Positions 49,531 through 60,861 of a DNA stretch of 62,546 bases are shown in pieces. Location of the stretch: NCBI RefSeq assembly GCF_001194135.2, contig NC_068983.1, positions 67,836,578 through 67,899,123 on the forward strand. The letters are read 5' to 3'. The translations under genes and the position numbers were made by a program. Numbering within the stretch: position 1 is the stretch's first letter; every line of letters begins with the position of its first letter. The notes under the pieces are model-generated. The model made no database searches. It was not told where the DNA came from and saw nothing but the letters and a program-made list of their open reading frames with translations. Source of the stretch: Octopus bimaculoides (lineage: Eukaryota).

Positions 49531-49900
49531 CACAAAGGGTTTCATACAAATGTAGAGCAAGAGGTACAAACAGAGGTGTGGTAGAGACACGAACCCACAC
49601 ACATATATATATGCATTGGAGTGTCTATAGCTACCTATCTATAATGTTTGTAGGCTCTTTCTGTGCCTTGTATTTTTAAGGGTTTTTTACATATATCATT
49701 TTTATATTTTTGCATGTCCCAAATGCTATACCTTCATTTTTCATTTATGTATTCTTTATTATTATTTTTTTTTCCTGCTGTACCCTTATTTTTATTTTTG
49801 TTTTTATTTTTATTTTTATTTTGATTCTAATTTTATTTTTTATTTTTATTTCTATCTTATTTTTGCTGTTGTTTCTCTTCTGGTCTCTACCACACCTCTG

Positions 49901-50283
49901 TTTACAAGAATTTATCAAGGATCTAGCGTGAATAAAACCTCATTAGGGGAAAAAATCTATCATTTATTCCCAAAATATATATTTATTTGCATAAGGGTAT
50001 TACTATACAATAATGCCTCACGCTATGAGGGACTCTAGTAACTACGAAATCATGATCTATAATTTAGTCTGTTTTTAAGGGGCTGGCTTTGAGAGTTGCA
50101 TTTCCTCGCGTTCGGTAAAAATGTGTTTTTTATGGTAGTCTGACCTGAGAGCCCCTCATAGCGTGAGGCATTATTGTATAGTAATGCCCTTATATAAATA
50201 AATATATATTTTGGGAATAAATGATGGATTTTTTCCCCTTATGAGGTTTTTTTCACGCTAGCTACTTGATAAATTCTTGTAAA
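49901..50283. repeat. Foldback/MITE-like palindrome, 136-bp arms and 111-bp spacer
   Basis: 49901-50036 is an imperfect reverse complement of 50148-50283. Confidence 0.9.
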
Positions 50284-51094
50284 AGAATTCATCCTATTAT
50301 TGAATTTAAATATATATCCAGAATATATTCAATGCTGAATTTATTCTGAGAAAAAAACACATGTACCGAGATGCAATTCGAAATTNNNNNNNNNNNNNNN
50401 NNNNNNNNNNNNNNNNNNNNNNNNNNNNNNNNNNNNNNNNNNNNNNNNNNNNNNNNNNNNNNNNNNNNNNNNNNNNNNNNNNNNNNNNNNNNNNNNNNNN
50501 NNNNNNNNNNNNNNNNNNNNNNNNNNNNNNNNNNNNNNNNNNNNNNNNNNNNNNNNNNNNNNNNNNNNNNNNNNNNNNNNNNNNNNNNNNNNNNNNNNNN
50601 NNNNNNNNNNNNNNNNNNNNNNNNNNNNNNNNNNNNNNNNNNNNNNNNNNNNNNNNNNNNNNNNNNNNNNNNNNNNNNNNNNNNNNNNNNNNNNNNNNNN
50701 NNNNNNNNNNNNNNNNNNNNNNNNNNNNNNNNNNNNNNNNNNNATATATATATATATATATATATAATTAGTTGTGTTATCTCGTTGGTTAAATACATTT
50801 ATATAGTCAACCCGTCAGATAGCTGAGTAAGGATACACATATACTAACAATCATACAAATAATACGAGTATAATTTGAAGCAAAGAAGAAACAAGCAAAA
50901 TATATCATGCTTCACTTTTACTTATCTGCGGTGCGCGTGTGCGTGGAAGAAGTACTGCAGAAACAATGCTATCCTGTCTGTAGCGATCCCACTGATATCA
51001 TATCGACGCAAGGCATCTGAGCGAACTCAGTCCTCAACATATTATCTCGGACATAGTTTTTACTGCCTCACACATAATAATAGTAATAAATAAA

Positions 51095-51725
51095 ATCAAG
51101 TACTATTCTGCAGTAGGCCCTGACAGATTCCCCACTAGTGTCCTGAAGGAACGCAGGCACCAACTTTCAACCCTTCCAACCAATCTCTGAAGAAATTCTC
51201 TAGACTCAGGGAGAAAACGGAACAATTCTTATCCCAGTTTGTCATCCCGATCTTCAAAAAGGGAAAAGAGGTCTCTTGCAGTTATTTAATGCCAAACTCA
51301 CTTACCTCCCATATCACGGGAGGTAAGTGGGAAGAGTGGTGAGACCAAGTACAACTGGCTTGCCGGAGAACCACAACCTTCTAAATTCCAACCAGTATGG
51401 CTTTCACTGTGGCAGGGACTACCTAACACAGCTCTTACATCACATCGACGATGTGATGTAATTTTGACAGAATGGACCACAATATTCTCCTGTCAAAATT
51501 GTCAAATATTGGAATCCATGCAAAACTGCTATACTGGATCAAGTATTTCCTGGTGGGCAGAAAATATGTTGTGATCGGTGGAGTCCACTCAAGCCTAGTA
51601 AAAGACACCAGTGATATCCCTCAGAAGTCTTGGGCCCGCTTCTCTTTACAGTCTATATAAACGATGTCTGAAGTATCATCAACCACAGCAAAATAACAAT
51701 ATTCGCAGATGATTCCAAGCTAATG
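51095..51725 (+). pseudogene. CR1-like LINE RT fragment
   Basis: SAVGPD; VIPIFKKGK; NSNQYGFH; DRMDHNILLSKLSNIGI; YINDV; IFADDSKL. Confidence 0.9.
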
Positions 51726-52149
51726 GTCTCTTTTGCTGTAAGTCCGAGCTTTTAGATTTTGGCATTCAGGCATTAACTAAAAAAACCACGTTCACTAATT
51801 TTTATTGGAATAAATATAGATTCATAATTAGGGTATAGAAACCGAAGGATTCGTAGCTATTATTTGTAGACGTTCTCTTTTTCTTTGATTTTCAAAGAAA
51901 TATTTGCATCAGCTGAACAGCTGACCTCTGTAATACTTTTTTTCTTGTCCGATCCAAATAATCATATCCGACATGTTATGTTTGCACTAAGCAGACGTTT
52001 TGATGGGAATATTCCACCAATATTTCTTGTGCTGATATGTCTGTATGGATGTAAATTTATTCAGTTTTTATCCCAATTTTTAATTTGCATTTATTTCTCT
52101 TATTTTAATTTTAAATAGATGAGAGGTGGATAGAGATCCTCTGTTTCTC

Positions 52150-53045
52150 CAAACCGTGGCGAAAGCAGTCTATCTAGGAGAAAGTAACCCTGAATTTGAA
52201 TATTTCACTGCTGTCTTGTAGTTAGACTTTGGTTGGGCAAAGACTGGGAGAAGGACACTGATATAAAACCTGCGACTGCAAATGCACCCAATGATGTCAT
52301 CTTGCTCTTCTATTTGGATCATACTTTCTAGTTTAGAGAGTGGGAATGGTTTCTGTGCAAAACTTTTCCTCGCTTTAAAAAGTGTCAAGCACAGGTATTG
52401 CTGGAGAGGAAAAAGAAATGGACATCTTGTATGTACATGGCTGGCTGAAGCTTAAAAAGGCAAACTAAACAATGGAAGTTCATATCGATAATGAAGTAAA
52501 TGACAAAAAGAACTCTGGAACATTTTGTTCTGTGGTCTGGCCCGGCAGTTGTCCGGGAGCACCACAGCTTGGATCCGGTCGTCATCCTGCAACTTGGAGT
52601 TAATTCAAGTTAAGATACAAGCCTATGAATATAGGATGTTGGGATGTTCGAATGTTATTAGACAATGATTGTCTGAAATCTCGTCCAGAGAGAAGATCCG
52701 CGCTTGTTGCAAAAACGAATTCATGGAAAGGGGAATTTCGTAGAGAAATCTGCTGGATATCATTTCTTTTGGAGCGGTAGATAGGGGACCTATAAGAGAG
52801 CATCAGGAGTGGGATTTGCTACCAAAACCAATCTGGCTTCAAAACTTGAGGAACTACCATGTGGTCACTCGGATCGTTTAATGTTTTTAAGGCTGCCATT
52901 AAGAAAAGGTCGCTATGCAACACTTATAAGTACATATGCCTCAACTATGAATTCATCAGAGGATGATAAACTTGCCTTCTACCTATCCCTTACAGAGATT
53001 ATACGCAATGTCCCCCATGATGACAAGTTGTCATTTTGGGTGATT
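52150..53045 (+). pseudogene. RTE-like LINE 5' region and APE endonuclease fragment
   Basis: MNIGCWDVRMLLD...RPERRSALVA; SGVGFATKTNLASKLEELPCGHSDRLMFLRLPL...ATLISTYASTM...FY.SL..II..VP..DKL. Confidence 0.85.
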
Positions 53046-53830
53046 GTTAGTATCATCACTGGTAATGCAATTACATTGTGGCATATTGTCTTGTGGTAAG
53101 AGAAGAGCTCCGATTTTTCATATTTTTCTAAGTCCGCTGTGATATTCTCGGACCTTTCTAGCTCTGTTCACAGAACCTTCGTATGATATGTTTTCATCAA
53201 GGCCTATGTATTTATAGTATTCTTCGTGTGGAACAGGAGAGATGGGGAAACCATTTATGCACAGCTCTTGAGTTTGGTGGTCAGAATTTCCACGTTCAAT
53301 AATTAAATATGAACGTTTCTTTTGACCGAATTCATTACTATGTCAGCTGAAAATATAATTAACTCCAGCTGTTTTGTGGCATTGTATGCATCTTTACCAT
53401 ACATCTTGAAGGTCATCCAGGGAGAAGGTTTCAGTTACATTGATTCCTCTAGTAATTGCATACATAAGAGTATAGCCACTAATTTTTTGTAAAAAAGAAT
53501 TATAAGTAATTTGAGACCACAATAAGCAGAAGTACGGTAAGACTAACGCTTTGGAATATTCCCTTCAAATCGGAGACGATCGTTTCCCTCTCATCTGTAA
53601 GTGTGAAAATGTTACCCAGATCTTTATGAACCTCTCAATGGCAGCGAATAAGGTGGCAAGCACTTTTACCATATGCAAAGACTTCAACAACCATAAGTGG
53701 GGAATAGAGTAGAATGCCTTCCAATAATCATGTCATACTGTCACAAGGTTTCTGTTGTTTTCATACTTCGGACAGAACAGATTTGTTTATTTTGTTCAAT
53801 GTGGAACAACCTTGTTTATCAGGCTTAATG
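53046..53830 (-). pseudogene. RLE-clade LINE RT fragment abutting the RTE remnant
   Basis: Minus-strand LDDL.MYGKD; MNSVKRN resembling MxFGxxKC; EEYYKYIGLDENISYEG; KSEL...K...HNVIALPVM. Confidence 0.75.
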
Positions 53831-54199
53831 CGAAATTAAATTACAACACAAACAATAACTTAGTGAATTAATTCTAGTGTAATTAAATATCAGCAATGAC
53901 ATAGTAAAATTTGTATGACATCTCCACAAGCTTATGTTTCACCGATGACATTTGTGTCAGTGGAACAATGACGTCACAGAACGCGAAGGACGACCAAATA
54001 TGAGTATTCTTTTGGAATATCTTCTGATGTCAATTACATGACAAAATTAATAATTATGGAATATATGTGAAGTACAGCGGAAATATATACTAAATATTGA
54101 ACAGAATTTGTACACTTTGGACAATAATACAATAACACGTACCTAAGATCTTCAAGCAAATGAAAACTTACAATATAAAATATATAATATATAGTGTTT

Positions 54200-54420
54200 T
54201 TTTATCCTTTTACTTGTTTCAATCTGTGGCCATGCTGGATCACTGCCTTAAAGAGTTTTAGTCGAAGATGTCGACCCCAAGACTTATTCTTTGTAAGCCT
54301 ATAACTTATTCTATCGGTTCTCTTTCGCCGAACCACAATGTTACGAGAACACAAACACACCAGCATCAGTTGTCAAGCGATGGCGGTGGGGGGAGAAACA
54401 CAGACACAGACACAGACACA
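54200..54420 (-). mobile_element. SINE-like family C
   Basis: Matches 57700-57915 and the reverse complement of 34548-34645. Confidence 0.85.
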
Positions 54421-54703
54421 CACACATAAATACATATATATATATATATATAATATTATTAAGTAAGAAAATGGAGAGATATAATGGATATAATTTAATT
54501 TTTAATTAATTAACATTGCCTACAATCGTTTCAATTTACACTCAATCCAAATTTCAAAATATGTATGATAAAATAATTTTGCATCTTTCAAGATTTTGAG
54601 TAAAAGGACATTACGGAACTTAAATGTGAGGTACTCCAACAGATTATGTAGATTAAAACATTTTCAGTTATTTATGTGTGTATGTGTGTTTGTGTGCGCG
54701 CGC

Positions 54704-54956
54704 GTTAATATTTTATTTAAATATATTAATCATATAATTATTTAAATATAATAATAATAAATTAAAGTATATAAAAATAAATGATTAAAATAAAGATTGA
54801 AAATAGAAATAAAGATTGAAAATAAAAAATTAGAATACTTTTAATCGTTATTTTTATTTTCAATCTTTATTTTAATCATTTATTTTTATATACTTTAATT
54901 TATTATTATTATATTTAAATAATTATATGATTAATATATTTAAATAAAATATTAAC
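54704..54956. repeat. AT-rich perfect palindrome, about 102-bp arms
   Basis: 54704-54805 reads as the exact reverse complement of 54855-54956. Confidence 0.9.
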
Positions 54957-54967
54957 ACGCACGCACG

Positions 54968-55009
<42 letters not shown>

Positions 55010-56039
55010 AGAAAAATGATTGAAAAATAAGGATAAATAAATAAAGAATAACATATATTCTTTACACATATGGATGTCTATGGTTTATTTTAATTCGTGT
55101 GTGAGTGTCGTGTGTGTGCATATAAAAACTAAAAATGAAAGATTAAACTAAGGATATAAAAACAAAACTTAATAAATATGAATGTTTGTTATTTATTTGA
55201 GCTCATGTGTGATTGTGTTTGTGAGTGTATATGGGTGCGTACTATGTATTTATAATTTATGTTTGCGTATGCGTGAATGTATGTTAGTAAAAGATTGTAG
55301 AATCAAATCAGTTAATTCATATATTCATGTGTGCGTATATTTATACGCATTGACATATAAAAACTATAGAGAGTGATAATGTATGATAGACACCCAAAAA
55401 CAATTATATAATTTATTATAATATAAAACAGTAAGATAATTTAGTATATTTGTATATTTTAGCTTCGTTTTCCATACAGTATGTGCGATTCTTTGTTTAC
55501 TCATCTACGGTACACTACGTATTTTCTTTTAATATATTTCAATTAATGTGCTATACAGTGCAGTACTGTACTGTATTTTCATTTATTAATTTATTAATCT
55601 TTAGGCGTGAAAATGCTTGTTTTATCACAGAAATAATAAATATTTAAAAAATATATAAATACCTATCGGCCGCAGAAACCCATGAGTTCGCGATATAAAT
55701 TTACATATATTAGCCAGAAAACTCCACGATGTACTGAGGGCGTGACAGGTGAACCTCGACATAGCGAGTGATTACTGTATATATTAAATGTACTACGTCA
55801 TCAAAATTAGTGTTATTAATAAATATTATTGCATGGAAAAATGCGAGCATGAAAAGTAATATTCTTAAGATTATAAACCTGGAAAAGTACAGGAAAAGTA
55901 CAGGAAAAGAAGTTATTACACCTGTAAAAGTATAGGACAAGCTGTTACTTCTAGTAAAGTAAAGAATAAGAAACTTGTTACTTAAAATATTGCAGCAACA
56001 AATGNNNNNNNNNNATATATATATATATATATATATATA

Positions 56040-56422
56040 CAACGGGATGCCCAAAAGAAGCTGGAGTTTTGTAATATTATTTTATTCACTTAGCTTTTCA
56101 TGTTTACATTCTTATCGTCTTCAGAGTATTCTCCATTAGAAGTAATGCATCGGTTCAAACGCGTTTTCCGCTGTTCGAAGCAGTGCTGGGACTCTTGCGA
56201 AGTCATGGCTTTTAACGCCCCCGTAGTTGTTTTCTTCACCTCTTCCACATCTGCAAATTCCGTAGCACCGGCTTTCGTCACCAGTGATGACCTTCGAAAA
56301 AAGGTCTGGATCAACTTCCAATTGTTCTTTCAGTTCACGACATGCATTCAGTCGTGACTGCTTTTGATCTTCCGAGAGCAAGCGTGGCACAAATTTTGCT
56401 GCAACTCGTTTCATTCGCAAAT
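56040..56422 (-). pseudogene. Internally deleted mariner (DD34D-type) transposase 3' part with terminal repeat
   Basis: MKRVAAKFVPRLLSEDQKQSRL...KVITGDESRCYG fused to FADVEEVKK...CFEQRKTRLNRCITSNGEYSEDD. Confidence 0.9.
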
Positions 56423-56716
56423 GTTGTTGTTGTTGGCACTCCGTCGCTTACGACGTCGAGGGTTCCAGTTGATCCGATCAACGGAACAGCCTGCTCATGA
56501 AATTAATGTGCAAGTGGCTGAGCACGCCACAGACACGTGTACCCTTAACGTAGTTCTCGGGGATATTCAGCGTGACACAGTGTGACAAGGCTGACCCTTT
56601 GAATTACAGGCACAACAGAAACAAGAAGTAAGAGTGAGAGAAAGTTGAGGTGAAAGAGTACAGAAGGGTTCGCCACCATCCCCTGCCGGAGCCTCGTGGA
56701 GCTTTAGGTGTTTTCG
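56423..56716 (-). mobile_element. Retroelement 3' end with (CAA)n tail, upstream part lost in a gap
   Basis: Ends GGAGTGCCAACAACAACAAC; 56507-56615 shared with the SINE at 19630; different sequence upstream. Confidence 0.75.
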
Positions 56717-57567
56717 NNNNNNNNNNNNNNNNNNNNNNNNNNNNNNNNNNNNNNNNNNNNNNNNNNNNNNNNNNNNNNNNNNNNNNNNNNNNNNNNNNNN
56801 NNNNNNNNNNNNNNNNNNNNNNNNNNNNNNNNNNNNNNNNNNNNNNNNNNNNNNNNNNNNNNNNNNNNNNNNNNNNNNNNNNNNNNNNNNNNNNNNNNNN
56901 NNNNNNNNNNNNNNNNNNNNNNNNNNNNNNNNNNNNNNNNNNNNNNNNNNNNNNNNNNNNNNNNNNNNNNNNNNNNNNNNNNNNNNNNNNNNNNNNNNNN
57001 NNNNNNNNNNNNNNNNNNNNNNNNNNNNNNNNNNNNNNNNNNNNNNNNNNNNNNNNNNNNNNNNNNNNNNNNNNNNNNNNNNNNNNNNNNNNNNNNNNNN
57101 NNNNNNNNNNNNNNNNNNNNNNNNNNNNNNNNNNNNNNNNNNNNNNNNNNNNNNNNNNNNNNNNNNNNNNNNNNNNNNNNNNNNNNNNNNNNNNNNNNNN
57201 NNNNNNNNNNNNNNNNNNNNNNNNNNNNNNNNNNNNNNNNNNNNNNNNNNNNNNNNNNNNNNNNNNNNNNNNNNNNNNNNNNNNNNNNNNNNNNNNNNNN
57301 NNNNNNNNNNNNNNNNNNNNNNNNNNNNNNNNNNNNNNNNNNNNNNNNNNNNNNNNNNNNNNNNNNNNNNNNNNNNNNNNNNNNNNNNNNNNNNNNNNNN
57401 NNNNNNNNNNNNNNNNNNNNNNNNNNNNNNNNNNNNNNNNNNNNNNNNNNNNNNNNNNNNNNNNNNNNNNNNNNNNNNNNNNNNNNNNNNNNNNNNNNNN
57501 NNNNNNNNNNNNNNNNNNNNNNNNNNNNNNNNNNNNNNNNNNNNNNNNNNNNNNNNNNNNNNNNNNN

Positions 57568-57648
57568 CGATAGAATAAGTACCTGGCTCCTAGGTGTCGA
57601 TTTGTTCGATTAAAACCCTTCAAGGCGGAGCACCAGCACGGCCGCTGT
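57568..57648 (+). mobile_element. Family C fragment
   Basis: GATAGAATAAGTAC...GTCGATTTGTTCGA...AAGGCGGAGCACCAGCACGGCCGC. Confidence 0.75.
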
Positions 57649-57664
57649 CAGAAATTTTACCCAT

Positions 57665-57697
<33 letters not shown>

Positions 57698-57699
57698 TT

Positions 57700-57915
57700 T
57701 ATCTTGTATCTTTTACTTATTTCAGTCATTAGACTACGGCCATACTGGGGCACCGCCTTGCATTTTAAGTCGAATGAATCGACCCCAGTACTTACTTTTT
57801 AAGCCTGCTACTTATTCTATCGGTCTCTTTTGCCGAACCGCTAGGTTATGGTTACGTAGATATACCAACACCGATTGTCAAGCGGTAATAAGGGGGCAAA
57901 TACAGACACAAAGAC
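57700..57915 (-). mobile_element. SINE-like family C
   Basis: TTTTACTTATTTCAGTCATTAGACTACGGCCAT...CTATCGGTCTCTTTTGCCGAACCGCT. Confidence 0.85.
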
Positions 57916-57970
57916 ACACACACATAGATATACATACATATATATATATACATATATATATACATATATA

Positions 57971-58124
57971 CAGCGGATTTCTATCAGTTTCCATCTACCA
58001 AATCCACTCACAAGACTTTGGCCATCCCGTGGCCATAGTAGAAGACACTTGCCCAAGGTGGGACTGAACCTGGAATTGTGTGGTTGGGAAGCAAGCTTCG
58101 TACCATACAGCTACTCCTGCGCCT
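57971..58124 (-). mobile_element. tRNA-headed SINE (family B)
   Basis: Reverse complement AGGCGCAGGAGTAGCTGTATGG...AGGTTCAGTCCC...CTTGGGCAAGTGTCTTCTACTAT...TTGTGAGTGGATTTGGTAGATGGAAAC. Confidence 0.85.
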
Positions 58125-58307
58125 ATATATATATATGGACAAGCATTACATCGGCTCATATCCCGGTATATACATGTGTATGAACTGTATATTAAAATTT
58201 ATACCCATACTTATCTGCATGTATCCTATGTATGTACATATATTTATCTACGCTTTTGTGTAAGCGTGTATGAGCAAGTATTTATAAATATGTGAATATA
58301 TATATAT

Positions 58308-58385
58308 ACATAAATATATGTATATATCATAAATGTATATATCATAAATGTATATATCATAAATGTATATATCATAAATGTATAT
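58308..58385. repeat. 15-bp minisatellite (ATAAATGTATATATC)n
   Basis: About five consecutive units read directly. Confidence 0.85.
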
Positions 58386-58716
58386 ATACGTAATAGCCCT
58401 ACATATGTATATGCTTTGGAGGACAATACACATACCCACACACTCACACGCATATATATATCTATACGTACCCTAACATGTATCGGGTACGTATGTACAT
58501 GTAAAGGGGAACGGGGGTATCAGTGAGGTAGGCGAACCCCATGACTTCAGCAGTTCCAATATCGCACGTCATTGACGGAAACAGGATGTTGTGAAATAGT
58601 TTTCAAGTCGATCCATCGAAGCATGTGTCGACTGAAAGTCTGCTACACCATTCGAACTTCCTGTCTGCTAGTCCAGAAGTTAAAATTTTTTGCCCTCACA
58701 TGCAATAATCTCTCTT

Positions 58717-58793
<77 letters not shown>

Positions 58794-59179
58794 CCTCTCT
58801 CCCTCTTAATCTCTCTCATACCGCAAAGCATCAGATTAATTTTCAGATTCTAGTGTGTTTCTCATGAACGCTTACGCATCTTCATACACATGTCCACACA
58901 GACAGACACATGTACGCATATATATATATATGTGTGTGCGTGCGTGTATTAATTATTAAGGTAGTTATTTGCAATTTACAACCGAAAGGCACAAGTATAG
59001 TCGGTCACTAAAGTTATTGAGGATGCTAGTCAGCATCAACATTGCTAGAATTAAGAGTCAAAACAACTCTTTGCCACGTGAGAGCACTTTTATGTCTATA
59101 CATACATACATATACGTATGCATCTGTACGAAAATTATCTCGCAGACATCCTTATATATATGGACACACTGATATACAA

Positions 59180-59215
<36 letters not shown>

Positions 59216-59246
59216 NNNNNNNNNNNNNNNNNNNNNNNNNNNNNNN

Positions 59247-59281
59247 NGAGAGAGAGAGAGAGAGAGAGAGAAAGAGGGAGG

Positions 59282-59319
<38 letters not shown>

Positions 59320-59682
59320 TATAGACAGACAGACATAGACAGACAGACAGACATATAGACAGACAGACATATAGATAGACAGACAAACAGACAGAGAGAC
59401 AGATAGACTGAAACATACAGACAGACATGTATACTTACATACAAAGTGGTTCAGAAGACCCTTAGCATTTAAATGCTAAACAAAATTTGCTTTCTGTTAC
59501 TATCTTTGTATGTATATTAATCCTATTTTTGTTGCTTTGTTGTAAATATCTTTTCCTATGTACTTTATAGACATACATACAGACAGATAGTCCAACCGAT
59601 AGACAGATAGATAGATAAATAGATAGATACATACATACATACATAAATAGATAGATGTATACATAGACATTGATATTTATGC

Positions 59683-59749
<67 letters not shown>

Positions 59750-59861
59750 TACAGATATATATATGTATATATATACATACATATATACATATACATACAT
59801 ATATATATATATACATACATACATACATACATATATACATACATACACACAGGCATATATG

Positions 59862-59912
<51 letters not shown>
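59247..59912. repeat. Complex GA/GACA/GATA/TACA/TA/TG microsatellite tract
   Basis: Read directly. Confidence 0.95.
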
Positions 59913-59914
<2 letters not shown>

Positions 59915-59998
59915 ATATGATGGAATTTGGGTCGGTAGAGTTATATGGTACTATGTACTTGCTTCTTGAGAAGTTCTAATTATTAATTCTTACCTGTA

Positions 59999-60094
59999 TT
60001 CACCTGATGAAAACGATTTGTTTTTCTTTTTGCAGGATGTAACATTTCTGTTCAACAGTAAAAAAAAAAACAGGTCTGAAACAGCTGTAGTGAA
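59999..60094 (+). ncRNA. Type-I hammerhead with long stem II (family 3-like)
   Basis: TTCAC-CTGATGA-AAAC-GATTTGTTTTTCTTTTT(28 nt)AAAAAAAAAAACAGGTC-T-GAA-ACAGCTGT-A-GTGAA; stem I 5 bp, stem II about 17 bp with G-U pairs, non-canonical junction nucleotides. Confidence 0.7.
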
Positions 60095-60817
60095 CCACAA
60101 TCCATCTATTATTATTGTTNNNNNNNNNNNNNNNNNNNNNNNNNNNNNNNNNNNNNNNNNNNNNNNNNNNNNNNNNNNNNNNNNNNNNNNNNNNNNNNNN
60201 NNNNNNNNNNNNNNNNNNNNNNNNNNNNNNNNNNNNNNNNNNNNNNNNNNNNNNNNNNNNNNNNNNNNNNNNNNNNNNNNNNNNNNNNNNNNNNNNNNNN
60301 NNNNNNNNNNNNNNNNNNNNNNNNNNNNNNNNNNNNNNNNNNNNNNNNNNNNNNNNNNNNNNNNNNNNNNNNNNNNNNNNNNNNNNNNNNNNNNNNNNNN
60401 NNNNNNNNNNNNNNNNNNNNNNNNNNNNNNNNNNNNNNNNNNNNNNNNNNNNNNNNNNNNNNNNNNNNNNNNNNNNNNNNNNNNNNNNNNNNNNNNNNNN
60501 NNNNNNNNNNNNNNNNNNNNNNNNNNNNNNNNNNNNNNNNNNNNNNNNNNNNNNNNNNNNNNNNNNNNNNNNNNNNNNNNNNNNNNNNNNNNNNNNNNNN
60601 NNNNNNNNNNNNNNNNNNNNNNNNNNNNNNNNNNNNNNNNNNNNNNNNNNNNNNNNNNNNNNNNNNNNNNNNNNNNNNNNNNNNNNNNNNNNNNNNNNNN
60701 NNNNNNNNNNNNNNNNNNNNNNNNNNNNNNNNNNNNNNNNNNNNNNNNNNNNNNNNNNNNNNNNNNNNNNNNNNNNNNNNNNNNNNNNNNNNNNNNNNNN
60801 NNNNNNNNNNNNNNNNN

Positions 60818-60861
<44 letters not shown>

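Noticed and set aside
54490-54620. Hammerhead-like minus-strand segment (CTTGAAAGATGC...GAAACGATTGTAGGCAAT)
   Set aside because: The core deviates from CUGANGA, stem III is not a perfect palindrome and no 5' strand pairs with GGCAAT; at most a decayed remnant.
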